In this document: positions 10,863 to 19,478 of the stretch, in pieces | Layout: each line of letters opens with the position of its first letter | Position numbering within the stretch: position 1 is the first letter of the stretch | Assembly (NCBI RefSeq): GCF_000020025.1 | Contig: NC_010628.1 | Location: 7,020,001-7,052,000, forward strand | DNA: 32,000 bases | Source of the DNA: Nostoc punctiforme PCC 73102 | GTDB lineage: Bacteria; Cyanobacteriota; Cyanobacteriia; Cyanobacteriales; Nostocaceae | Direction of reading: 5' to 3' | Position numbers and translations under genes: made by a program | Notes under the pieces: generated by a model | Databases searched by the model: none | Told to the model about the DNA's origin: nothing | What the model saw: the letters and a program-made list of their open reading frames with translations, nothing else

Positions 10863-10970
10863 ATGATCAAAATAGCCACACGTAAATATTTAGGCAAACA
10901 AAATGTCTATGACATTGGAGTTGAGCGCGACCATAATTTTGCACTCAAAAATGGCTTCATAGCTTCTAAT
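10863..10970 (+). other. Split DnaE intein, C-terminal half (IntC, 36 aa), ending in Asn followed by the +1 Cys of the extein
   Basis: The 36 aa match the published Npu DnaE IntC as recalled. The terminal 'ASN|CFN' splice junction is present. Confidence 0.9.
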
Positions 10971-12215
10971 TGTTTCAATAAATCCCATTCGACCGCCTAT
11001 GGTTATGTAACTTATCAGACAGCATATTTAAAAGCTAATTACCCATTGGAATATATGGCAGCCCTGTTAACTGCTAACAGTGGCGATACCGATAAGGTAC
11101 AGAGATATATTACTAACTGTACAAACATGGGTATTTCCATAGATCCGCCAGATATTAATCGTTCTGGTGTTGATTTTACACCGACATTGGGAAAGATTTT
11201 GTTTGGATTTTCGGCGGTGCGTAACGTGGGACAGAATGCGATCGCCTGTATTTTAGAGGCGAGAAATGAGACAGGAGAGTTTAAATCTCTCGCTGATTTT
11301 TGCGATCGTGTGGATTTACGTGCTGTTAACCGTCGGACTCTAGAATCGCTGATTTACTGTGGAGCCTTTGACAAAATTGAATCCAACCGCCAACAGTTAA
11401 TTAATGACTCAGAATTAGTGTATGATTGGGCACAATCTCGCGCCAAAGACAGAGCTAGTGGACAAGGGAATCTCTTTGACTTATTAGGCGATGGATTTTC
11501 TTCTACTCAGAATAAAAGAGTAAATAATGCCTTTGAAACTGCTCCTAAATCTAAACCTGTGACAGATTTACCCCCACAGAAAAAGTTGCAGATGGAGAAA
11601 GAATTATTAGGTTTTTATGTATCAGACCATCCACTGAAATCCTTACGGCAAATAGCACCACTTTTAACTCCAATTAACCTTTCGCAATTAGGAGAGCAAA
11701 GGGAAGACACAAGGCTTTGTGCAGTTGTGATGTTAAATAACGTCAAAAAAGTGGTGACAAAGAAAGGCGATCAGATGGCCATTTTGCAAATAGAAGACCT
11801 AACCACACAATCAGAAGCTGTAGTTTTTCCTAAAACTTATGAACGCATTAGTTCCTTACTTCAAGTTGATACAAGATTGATTATTTGGGGGAAAGTAGAC
11901 CGACGCGACGAGCAAACTCAATTTATTGTTGAAGATGCAGAGCCAGTGGAAACAGTACAAATGGTAATGGTAGAGTTAAATCCCCAGCAAGCAGGTGATA
12001 TGGAAAAACTACATCTCTTGAAAACAATTTTGCAAGAGCATTCAGTAGACAAAGAAAAGGCAAAAATGCCAGTTATTGGAATTATCCAAACTGAAAAGTC
12101 TCGGAAACTTGTTCGCTTGGGTTGGCAGTTTTCTGTACAAGATTCAAGAATAACCGTTCAAGCTTTGCAAAATGCTAGTTTTCCTGCTCATATCAAATCG
12201 CTCACTGGTAGCTAA
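10863..12215 (+). CDS. dnaE: DNA polymerase III alpha subunit, C-terminal fragment (DnaE-C), preceded by the split-intein C-fragment
   Basis: The ORF starts 'MIKIATRKYLGKQNVYDIGVERDHNFALKNGFIASN' and continues with the extein 'CFNKSHSTAYGYVTYQTAYLKANYP...' (Pol III alpha finger and OB-fold region). SD-like 'aaggtagg' lies just upstream of the ATG. Confidence 0.95.
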   Translation: MIKIATRKYLGKQNVYDIGVERDHNFALKNGFIASNCFNKSHSTAYGYVTYQTAYLKANYPLEYMAALLTANSGDTDKVQRYITNCTNMGISIDPPDINRSGVDFTPTLGKILFGFSAVRNVGQNAIACILEARNETGEFKSLADFCDRVDLRAVNRRTLESLIYCGAFDKIESNRQQLINDSELVYDWAQSRAKDRASGQGNLFDLLGDGFSSTQNKRVNNAFETAPKSKPVTDLPPQKKLQMEKELLGFYVSDHPLKSLRQIAPLLTPINLSQLGEQREDTRLCAVVMLNNVKKVVTKKGDQMAILQIEDLTTQSEAVVFPKTYERISSLLQVDTRLIIWGKVDRRDEQTQFIVEDAEPVETVQMVMVELNPQQAGDMEKLHLLKTILQEHSVDKEKAKMPVIGIIQTEKSRKLVRLGWQFSVQDSRITVQALQNASFPAHIKSLTGS

Positions 12216-12417
12216 TACCAGAAGTGAAAAATCCATTAATACTGAAAAGCATCTGAAAAATTAGTTTTATTGAACTGTCAACAGTAAATTGCCTTAAGTA
12301 TTCAGGATTTAAACCGTTTTTTTAGTTACTTATGCGGATGATAATTTCCTTTAGGGAATGGTATCTTTTTATGCTAACACCCTTAAGGCTGCGACCGGGG
12401 GAAGGAGTTATAACTTG

Positions 12418-12999
12418 ATGATTGTAAATGAGCTACATAGATTTGTTTCATACTGTAAAAAAATTCAACCCCAAACTCACGATGACATTCAAAAGTTTTT
12501 TGAGGGAGTCATCTTATTTCCTTATGACAAGGAACTTCTATTACAAGCTTATTTATTTCTGAATATTAAAGACTTGTTTCCCTCGTGCGCTGAATTGCTG
12601 TTATTTGAAAAATCTCCAATTTCAGATTATACAGATTTAGGGAAGTGTGATTTTGTCTACCGGACTTTTAAAGGTAGTCTATTTTTAATTGAAACTAAGT
12701 TTATTGATACAGAAGCAACAGGAGCAACAGAAAGAAAAAGAAGAAATAAACACAGAAACAAAGTATTTGAGCAAGTTATAACTTTAAAAGGTCGATTTAG
12801 TGAATATTGGAATATGAGGCTAGATCAATTAGAATGTGGGGTTTTCACAACAGATGCAGAAGTTGCTTGGCGAGGAAGCAGTGTAAATGTCACATCTAAA
12901 TCAATATCTATAGATCATCTCGAAAAATGGCGAAGAAGTTATCACACTAGTGAAAAAAGTTATGAAGTAAGCAAAATAATAGTGCAAAAACCGAATTAG
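12418..12999 (+). CDS. Hypothetical protein with a PD-(D/E)XK nuclease-like motif
   Basis: The ATG at 12418 sits 10 nt after a strong SD 'aaggag', so the track start at 12358 is less likely. 'GKCDFVY...GSLFLIETKF' fits the D...ExK core of restriction-endonuclease-fold proteins and is followed by a basic helix 'ERKRRNKHRNK'. The local DNA is AT-rich. Confidence 0.5.
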   Translation: MIVNELHRFVSYCKKIQPQTHDDIQKFFEGVILFPYDKELLLQAYLFLNIKDLFPSCAELLLFEKSPISDYTDLGKCDFVYRTFKGSLFLIETKFIDTEATGATERKRRNKHRNKVFEQVITLKGRFSEYWNMRLDQLECGVFTTDAEVAWRGSSVNVTSKSISIDHLEKWRRSYHTSEKSYEVSKIIVQKPN

Positions 13000-13084
13000 T
13001 TTTCGGAATGCAAGTGAGTTTGTTGCAGTTTATGTTTTTTATTTTTGCTGAAACTTCAATCTTTACCTCTTTGAGTAAACCAAA

Positions 13085-13742
13085 TTATTTATTACAATCG
13101 GAACTTGCTAAACTGATAATTCGGACATTTGCTATCGATTGATTTGTTGCAATTATTATTTCTTGCAACTCGCTCAATAAATTCGTATATTCGGTATTCA
13201 GCTTCTCCAAAGTATTTTGATACTGAAATATTTCGTCTTTGTTTACATATTTAGATTCGCATAACTTCCTAAGTAATTGTCGGATAATTCTTATTTCTAG
13301 CTAAATCATTTTCAATTAATTTTTTCGAGATTGCAGCTTGTTTTTGAAATTGAAATGAGAATTCTTCAAGATAGTTTTTCATTACACTATTAACAACTTT
13401 TGCCGCTAAATTGGAATTTGAATGTGAATATGAAATATTTAAAATGTTTGTATTTGGAATAGTTTGAATCTTCAGATTTATAGTCAAATCTTCTGGAAAA
13501 AGAGATTCAGCGTTAATAGGAGTTAAATTTGATTTTTGAACAACACTATTTATTATTTTAGGTGAACGAATTGCATCTTCGTTCAAAGAAATAGAAATAT
13601 TTTTTTGCCATATTTCTTTTTTCAAAAATCACTTTCCTACTACTTGACATTTATAAGGTTTTGATGCAAATAAATTACCTGGAATTGCTAAACAGACTAA
13701 AATTATCAGTAGTTTTTTATCTAAACAATTAAAGATAGACAT
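13085..13742 (-). pseudogene. Decayed Wzz/GumC-like polysaccharide chain-length-determinant gene (N-terminal part only)
   Basis: The ATG at 13742 gives 'MSIFNCLDKKLLIILVCLAIPGNLF...' (TM helix), then an in-frame TGA at 13629-13631. The same frame continues as the 118-aa ORF ('ILNISYSHSNSNLAAKVVNSVMKNYLEEF', Wzz-like) to a TAG at 13269. A coiled-coil-like continuation ('LEKLNTEYTNLLSELQEIIIATNQSIANVRII') sits in another frame down to 13085. The second TM helix and C-terminal domains are absent. Confidence 0.5.
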
Positions 13743-14059
13743 TTTAAACTGGACGATGATAATAAATATTATATGCAACAAATTATTACATAATATCATT
13801 AAACCAGTACATTGTAGATAAGAGCTTATTTTCGTCTAGTGAAGCTGTTAATCTAACACAGCCATATCGAGCATCAATTTTTCTGTATGGAAAAACAATT
13901 ATCCAGATGTTAGCTTCACTAGCGATCGCCAACACTAGTATTCAGCAAAACCATCTGTAAGAATAATTTCATCTTTTTCCAACCATAAGTATCTTTGACC
14001 CGGAAAATATGTCAGATTACTGGAATAAGTACCAAACGTCTGACAGGAAAATCATACTA

Positions 14060-14590
14060 ATGAGAACTTGGGCTACTATTGCTGTGCTAGCTTCTTCTTG
14101 GCTAATATTTGGGGTTATATGTTCTGAGCCGATCGCCGCTACTTCGGGTGTAGCACAAAATGCCACACCATTTCCTACGCCAACAAGTCTGAAAAAGATT
14201 ACTGTCAGCAACGCTGAGTTTGGGTTGAAGAGAGTTGACACCAAAGGTAACGTTACCATTTTCCAAACAACAAGAGTGCCACTTCAGCAGGGAAACGCCT
14301 ACGGATGGCGGATTAAACTCAAAGACTACCAAGGTGAAGTAAAATGGCGCGAAGTATTGCGTTTACCAAAAGCTCCAGAAACTTGGGGAACAGATCGCGG
14401 TGAAGACTTCTCAATGTCACCAGACGGGATGACATCTGTGACACGGCGCACACAGTCAGCTCCAGAGGGTGTAATTGAGAATTTTTGGACGATTACCCCT
14501 GGCGATCCTGTTGGTAAGCATAGGATAGAAGTCTATATTGATGACCGTTTGATAAGTACTTTCGAGTTTGAAATTATCCCAGTGAAGTAA
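14060..14590 (+). CDS. Hypothetical exported or membrane-anchored protein
   Basis: The track ORF starts at 14009. The internal ATG at 14060 gives 'MRTWATIAVLASSWLIFGVI', a signal or anchor sequence. No motif was recognised. Confidence 0.55.
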   Translation: MRTWATIAVLASSWLIFGVICSEPIAATSGVAQNATPFPTPTSLKKITVSNAEFGLKRVDTKGNVTIFQTTRVPLQQGNAYGWRIKLKDYQGEVKWREVLRLPKAPETWGTDRGEDFSMSPDGMTSVTRRTQSAPEGVIENFWTITPGDPVGKHRIEVYIDDRLISTFEFEIIPVK

Positions 14591-14729
14591 GTGTAAGCTT
14601 TTCCACATTTAACTTGCATAATTGAGGCGCTCATGTTGCCCATCCCACAAAGTTTGATTTAATTCGATTATGTGAATTAAGTGTTTTTCAGCTAAAAAGA
14701 AGAGGCTTGCTCTGAGAAGATGTTTTAAA

Positions 14730-14808
14730 AATCCTCTTATCGGTATCAAAAGTTCTAGATCCCTCTAAATCCCTCTTTTTAAGGGGGACTTTGATTCCGG
14801 TTCCACCC
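14730..14808. repeat. Small dispersed repeat (gatccctctaaatccctc...ggactttga family)
   Basis: 'tagatccctctaaatccctctttttaagggggactttgattccgg' resembles the reverse complement of 19225-19285 ('gtagatcctcctaaatcctccgataaattggaggactttgagagg'). It lies between convergent gene ends. Confidence 0.6.
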
Positions 14809-14841
14809 TAACTCTAGGGCTGAAGCCCTAACTACAAACCT

Positions 14842-16581
14842 TTAAACTAATAATTGATATTTCTCTTGAGCTAGATTGTAAAGAGGTCGCCAAACTAAAT
14901 GATTGGTCAACACTACTAACAGAGACATGATCGCTGTCGAAGCTAATAATAGTGAGAAATTGCCTGTCGCGGTGGCGTAAGAAATCGTTGCCCCTAATCC
15001 AGAAGTACTAATTACTCGCCCTTGAAATGTAACGTACTCACTTACGATACTGGCATTCCAAGCACCACCAACGGCGCTAATAATTCCTGTAATTAGGTAG
15101 GGGAAGATTGCAGGTAAAATTAAGGTTCGCCAACGTTGCAAACGTGAGAGTTTATACACCGAAGCTGCTTCGATCAGGTCTGAGGGAATCGACTGTGCCC
15201 CAGCAATGACATTAAACAGGATATACCACATTGTCCCTAGCATCATCAGAGCGATCGCACCAATCTGCAAACCGCCGGCGATGCGGGTTAAACCTAGCAG
15301 CAGCACTGGAAATAAGGCTGTTGCTGGCACAGAAGCGGCGATTTGTACCAATGGTTGCAATACTTGAGCCAACCGTCGATTGCGACCAATTGCTACTCCC
15401 ACAGGTACAGTCCACAACAATGATAATATCAAAGCGATTATCACCCGCAACGCCGTTAACATAGCGCCTTTTATCACCTGTTGCCAATCATCCCAGCCTA
15501 GAGTCCGTAATAGTAGTACGGCTTCCCAAGTACCCCACAGGACAATTAAGCTGAAGCCACTAACAAATATCCAATTTAAAAAACTCGGCAAGTTGAGGTT
15601 GCCTTTGGCATTTATAGGTACTGAACGCACGGGAAACGACCGAATTAAACTGTCGTCTAAAACTGTTTGTAATGGCTGAAAAACGCGATCGCTAATTGCG
15701 CGTAAAGTAGGCGATCGCCTGAAAGTATCCAATATCCACGATTGGGGTGCATTTTCAGTTTCAATCATCTCTAACTTAAATCTTTCTGCCCAAGCAATCA
15801 GTGGCCGCCACACAAAAAAATCAGTTGCCACAATGATCGCAATCAGTAACACCAAGCCCCAAAATATCGCTTTAAAGTCTCCTTTGTTGGCTGCTGTGCC
15901 TAAAAAAGAGCCTAATCCTGGTAAACGAAAATCTTGATTCCCCAAAGTAAATGACTCAATGGCAATTAAAAAAAACCAACCTCCAGCCACCGACATTACA
16001 CTATTCCATACCAAACCAATCACACCAGATGGTAACTCTAATGTCCAAAAGCGTTGCCAAGGATTAAGGCGGTAAACCCTTGATGTTTCTAGTAATTCTT
16101 GCGGAATACTTTGAAGAGATTGGTAAAAACTAAAAGTCATATTCCAGGTCATACCAGTAAAAATTAGCAAAATTGCTGCTAGTTCTACACCAATTCTCTG
16201 ACCTGGAAACAGGGAAATCAAAGCTAGTACCACACCTGGTAAAAAAGACAATACTGGAATCGATTGCAGAATATCCAACATCGGAATTAAAATCCGTTCT
16301 GCAATTCGAGAGCGATAAGCAGTATAAGCATACAAGAGGGTAAAAATTAGGGAGAAAAAGTAAGCCAGTCCCATGCGAATCAACGTTTGGGCTGTATATC
16401 CTGGCAAAGCATTGATATTTGTAGAAATTGTGAGTTCAGGTTCAAAAGTACCGGTAAATTTAGAAGCAGTTCTAATAATTGCCACAATGAAAGATAAAAT
16501 TACCAGAATCAGCAATCCATCTTGCCAAGTCCAATTGCTACGTCCTAGAGTTTTATTAGCAGGAGTAAGAGGTCGAGTCAT
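14842..16581 (-). CDS. ABC transporter permease with duplicated transmembrane domains (NitT/TauT-like anion transporter type)
   Basis: 579 aa and strongly hydrophobic. Two internally similar halves each carry a permease EAA-like loop ('ETSRVYRLNPWQRFWTLELP' and 'EAASVYKLSRLQRWRTLILP'). It lies directly downstream of the ATPase gene on the same strand. Confidence 0.85.
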   Translation of the reverse strand: MTRPLTPANKTLGRSNWTWQDGLLILVILSFIVAIIRTASKFTGTFEPELTISTNINALPGYTAQTLIRMGLAYFFSLIFTLLYAYTAYRSRIAERILIPMLDILQSIPVLSFLPGVVLALISLFPGQRIGVELAAILLIFTGMTWNMTFSFYQSLQSIPQELLETSRVYRLNPWQRFWTLELPSGVIGLVWNSVMSVAGGWFFLIAIESFTLGNQDFRLPGLGSFLGTAANKGDFKAIFWGLVLLIAIIVATDFFVWRPLIAWAERFKLEMIETENAPQSWILDTFRRSPTLRAISDRVFQPLQTVLDDSLIRSFPVRSVPINAKGNLNLPSFLNWIFVSGFSLIVLWGTWEAVLLLRTLGWDDWQQVIKGAMLTALRVIIALILSLLWTVPVGVAIGRNRRLAQVLQPLVQIAASVPATALFPVLLLGLTRIAGGLQIGAIALMMLGTMWYILFNVIAGAQSIPSDLIEAASVYKLSRLQRWRTLILPAIFPYLITGIISAVGGAWNASIVSEYVTFQGRVISTSGLGATISYATATGNFSLLLASTAIMSLLVVLTNHLVWRPLYNLAQEKYQLLV

Positions 16582-16624
16582 AGCAGTTTTCTTTTGCTGT
16601 GAAGTACAAATAGCGAGGGGTTTT

Positions 16625-16652
16625 GAGGCAGGAGGCAGGAGGCAGGAGGCAG
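16625..16652. repeat. Heptanucleotide tandem repeat (gaggcag x4)
   Basis: Read directly. It lies in the 198-nt spacer between the ABC ATPase and permease genes. Confidence 0.85.
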
Positions 16653-16750
16653 GAAATAGAAACTCTATCTAATGCGTGATTCCTGCATTTGTATCTCATT
16701 TATTTGCAAAGTTCTGTAAGTAGAGAGTAGGGGCAGATCAGAGAAGAATA

Positions 16751-16790
16751 ACAAATGACAAATGACAAATGACCAATGACTAATGACTAA
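16751..16790. repeat. Heptanucleotide tandem repeat of STRR type (acaaatg/accaatg/actaatg, 5-6 units)
   Basis: Read directly. The array runs across the stop codon (16780-16782) and the last codons ('SH*') of the ATPase gene. Confidence 0.85.
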
Positions 16791-18105
16791 CAACAACTTG
16801 CTCTAAAAATATTTGTCCTGATGGCTCATCGTAGCCGTATATTTCGGCATAACGACCCCAATCTACGACGGTTTTTAATTGTCGTTCGGCTTCTTCTGGG
16901 CTAAAGTGACTTTCTAGGATATCTAATACCAGTTCTTCTGGAATGCGTTGATTATTTTTCGCTTCCAGAAGACGGTAAATTTGCTGTACCAAGCGAATAT
17001 TAGCTAAGAGTTGCGATCGCATGATTTGTTTGCGTTCATCAATACCACCATTGATAAATTCCTGCCCGACTGGTTTCAAGCTAATATCGCCTTCTGCAAG
17101 TTCTACAAAATCCATTAATTTTGCAGCTTCTACAATGGGCAAAATATCATCTACTTCTAATTGCAATTCTTGGGCCAGGCGATATAAGTCTTTTTCTTGA
17201 CGATCTTCTAAAAGTTCCAAAAGACCAGCAATGGAACCAGTTCGTACAGATGGTAAAGATTGATATTTTGCTGGTGGTGTTGCAGGTTCTACAGAGGTAG
17301 TCGTTGTTAGCTCAATTTTTTCTAATTCGGGGTTGGTGATGATTGTATAAACTCGATCTACCAAGGCTTGAAAAGTTGGATGTTTGCGATCGCGGTAATG
17401 GGGTAAAGTCACAGGTAAGTCAGCCCTAATTCTTCCCGGATTGCGTCCGAGAACAATAATTCGATCCGCCATAATTACCGCTTCTTCAATCCCGTGGGTG
17501 ACAATGAGAATAGCTTGGGTGGGTATGCGGCGTTCTAACCATAAATCTAATAATTCAAACCGCAAGTTTTCTGCCGTTAGCACATCTAATGCCGAAAATG
17601 GCTCATCCATACATAATAGTTCTGGTTCTACAGCCAAAGCCCTAGCAAATCCAACTCGCTGACGCATTCCCCCAGAAAGTTCTTTGGGATAGGCATTTTC
17701 AAACCCATCCAAACCAATAATATCAATCATTCGTAGCGCCTTTTGCCGTCGAGAATCTGGCGCTTCTCCTTTTGCTTTTAAACCTAGTTCCACGTTCTCT
17801 AGTACAGTTAACCAAGGATAAAGGGCAAAACTTTGAAAAACAATTGCTACCCCAGGATTTAAACCAACTAGGGGACGGTTATGATATATGACTTCACCTT
17901 GACTGGGAGGAATTAACCCAGCAACTATCCGCATTAAAGTAGATTTGCCTGAACCCGAAGGCCCTAGCAATGCAACTATCTCCCCTGGACGTAACTCAAG
18001 GTTGATATTTTCCAGAATGACAATCTGTTGGCCGTTGGGCTGCTGATAAGATTTGCTGACATTTTTTAGGACGATCAGCTGTTCGGTTGCTGTTTTAAAT
18101 ACCAT
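16780..18105 (-). CDS. ABC transporter ATP-binding protein with a long C-terminal extension
   Basis: 441 aa. Walker A 'GPSGSGKST', signature 'LSGGMRQR', Walker B 'LLCMDEPFSALD', H-loop 'VTHGIEEA'. About 180 extra C-terminal residues follow the ABC domain. Confidence 0.9.
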   Translation of the reverse strand: MVFKTATEQLIVLKNVSKSYQQPNGQQIVILENINLELRPGEIVALLGPSGSGKSTLMRIVAGLIPPSQGEVIYHNRPLVGLNPGVAIVFQSFALYPWLTVLENVELGLKAKGEAPDSRRQKALRMIDIIGLDGFENAYPKELSGGMRQRVGFARALAVEPELLCMDEPFSALDVLTAENLRFELLDLWLERRIPTQAILIVTHGIEEAVIMADRIIVLGRNPGRIRADLPVTLPHYRDRKHPTFQALVDRVYTIITNPELEKIELTTTTSVEPATPPAKYQSLPSVRTGSIAGLLELLEDRQEKDLYRLAQELQLEVDDILPIVEAAKLMDFVELAEGDISLKPVGQEFINGGIDERKQIMRSQLLANIRLVQQIYRLLEAKNNQRIPEELVLDILESHFSPEEAERQLKTVVDWGRYAEIYGYDEPSGQIFLEQVVVSH

Positions 18106-18513
18106 AACTCTTTCTTTAAGAAAATAACTAAATATAATCTCATGTTGAGGTTATTTTACAGTTAAAGCAGACTAAAAATATTTGATTCCGCTATTTGAAC
18201 CGTACTGTAGCCTAACGAATCATTTGCATCGTCATAAAATTAGCTACAAGATGGCTAAATAACCCGCTAATACTAATAGGAGTCCGAAATCATAATTTGG
18301 AAAGAGTTTAATATGATTGTATATTGATTTAATGAAATGTTCTTTTTATTATTTGACTATTCTGATTCATAATTGATTACGATAAATCTATTAATTGCAG
18401 CAATATAATAATCGTCAACCAGAATATTAAAAGGAAGAAGTTACTATAAATTGTTCTATAGGACTCATGTTTGATTTCTGAAAACATTCAGTACAACTGA
18501 GAGAAGCTTCTTA

Positions 18514-18552
18514 ACTATTGCCTATTGCCTATTGCCTCTTGCCTCTTGCCTC
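18514..18552. repeat. Heptanucleotide tandem repeat (cctattg/cctcttg), second copy of the 9491 element
   Basis: actattg cctattg cctattg cctcttg cctcttg cctccaa. The 5' flank 'cagtacaactgagagaagcttctt' resembles 'ccgtacaactcaaaaagccttctt' at 9468-9490. Confidence 0.85.
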
Positions 18553-18723
18553 CAATTATGGCTATACCACCCTGCGCGAACAGAAATCAAAACGGATTAC
18601 CATATTAGATATGTGCATTTGAGTAAATTGGAGTAATTGCAGATATTAAATAAAGAACCTCTATTATGGTGGTTACAATAGAAGCACCTTATATATTAGA
18701 GATATAAATCTGATTCTTGTTGG

Positions 18724-19101
18724 GTGGCGATTGTGAATACAGAGGAATTAAAAAGGCGTTTTGCCGCAGGGGAAAGATATTTTCCAGCCGTCAACTTGAG
18801 TAGAAACAGGCTGATTGGAGCTTATTTGCCTGGAATAAATCTATGGGGATCTGACTTGAGTGGAGCTAACCTAGCTAAAGCTAAACTCTGGGGAGCAGAT
18901 TTGAGTAGAGCTAACTTAGCGAAAGCGAATTTGACTAGAGCTAATTTGAGCGGTGTCAAACTGAATGAAGCCAATCTCCGGGGAGCCAAACTCAACTATG
19001 CCAAGTTATATGGAGCGAATCTAACTGGCGCTTACTACGATGAAAGCACTCGGTTTTCTAGAGGTTTTGACCCCATTAGTAGAAATATGCGGAAGGTGTG
19101 A
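18724..19101 (+). CDS. Pentapeptide-repeat protein
   Basis: 125 aa with a GTG start. Consecutive A(D/N)LxX pentapeptides: 'GSDLSGANLAKAKLWGADLSRANLAKANLTRANLSGVKLNEANLRGAKLNYAKLYGANLTGA'. Confidence 0.85.
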   Translation: MAIVNTEELKRRFAAGERYFPAVNLSRNRLIGAYLPGINLWGSDLSGANLAKAKLWGADLSRANLAKANLTRANLSGVKLNEANLRGAKLNYAKLYGANLTGAYYDESTRFSRGFDPISRNMRKV

Positions 19102-19145
19102 GTTCCACCAACCTCTCCCTGCTTTGAACTTTAGTTCAAGTCTAT

Positions 19146-19344
19146 CCCTCTCTGAGTCGGCTGAGGTGTACATACAAGTCTTTAAGATTTGCCCCACAAG
19201 CTTTTCATCCCCCCAACCCCCTTAAAAAAAGGGGGCATGAACCTCTCAAAGTCCTCCAATTTATCGGAGGATTTAGGAGGATCTACTACATTTTGGTTTT
19301 GTAGAGAGATGTGTGTACACCGTAGCTCCGACTCGGTGAGGGAC
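19146..19344. mobile_element. MITE-like small element with imperfect terminal inverted repeats and internal hairpins
   Basis: The left end 'tccctctctgagtcggctgaggtgtacatac' matches the reverse complement of the right end, 'tccctcaccgagtcggagctacggtgtacacac'. Internal hairpins are ccccc-ttaaaaaaa-ggggg and cctcc-aatttatc-ggagg. It lies in the intergenic region between convergent genes. Confidence 0.5.
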
Positions 19345-19478
19345 GGGTTTGTAAAGCAATTAGCATCTGAATGCTTAAAAACCGCAGAGACGCTGAGAGT
19401 GCAGAGGGAAAGGAAAGAGGGATAATTCCGATAAAAAAGGATTTGATATTACTAGATAGCAGTCAAAATGATGTTATT

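Noticed and set aside
10863-12215. dnaE lacking its N-terminal two-thirds, which might be read as a pseudogene or assembly break
   Set aside because: The ORF starts with an intact IntC and a correct Asn/Cys splice junction. This is the known split-gene arrangement.
15212-17662. Short ORFs overlapping the ABC permease and ATPase genes (15212-15679, 16373-16672, 17441-17662)
   Set aside because: They are embedded in or antisense to well-supported genes. The ORF at 16373-16672 ends in the (gaggcag)n repeat.
19040-19425. Two ORFs (61 and 78 aa) between the pentapeptide and LysR genes
   Set aside because: They lie inside the MITE-like repeat, encode low-complexity peptides and have no start context.
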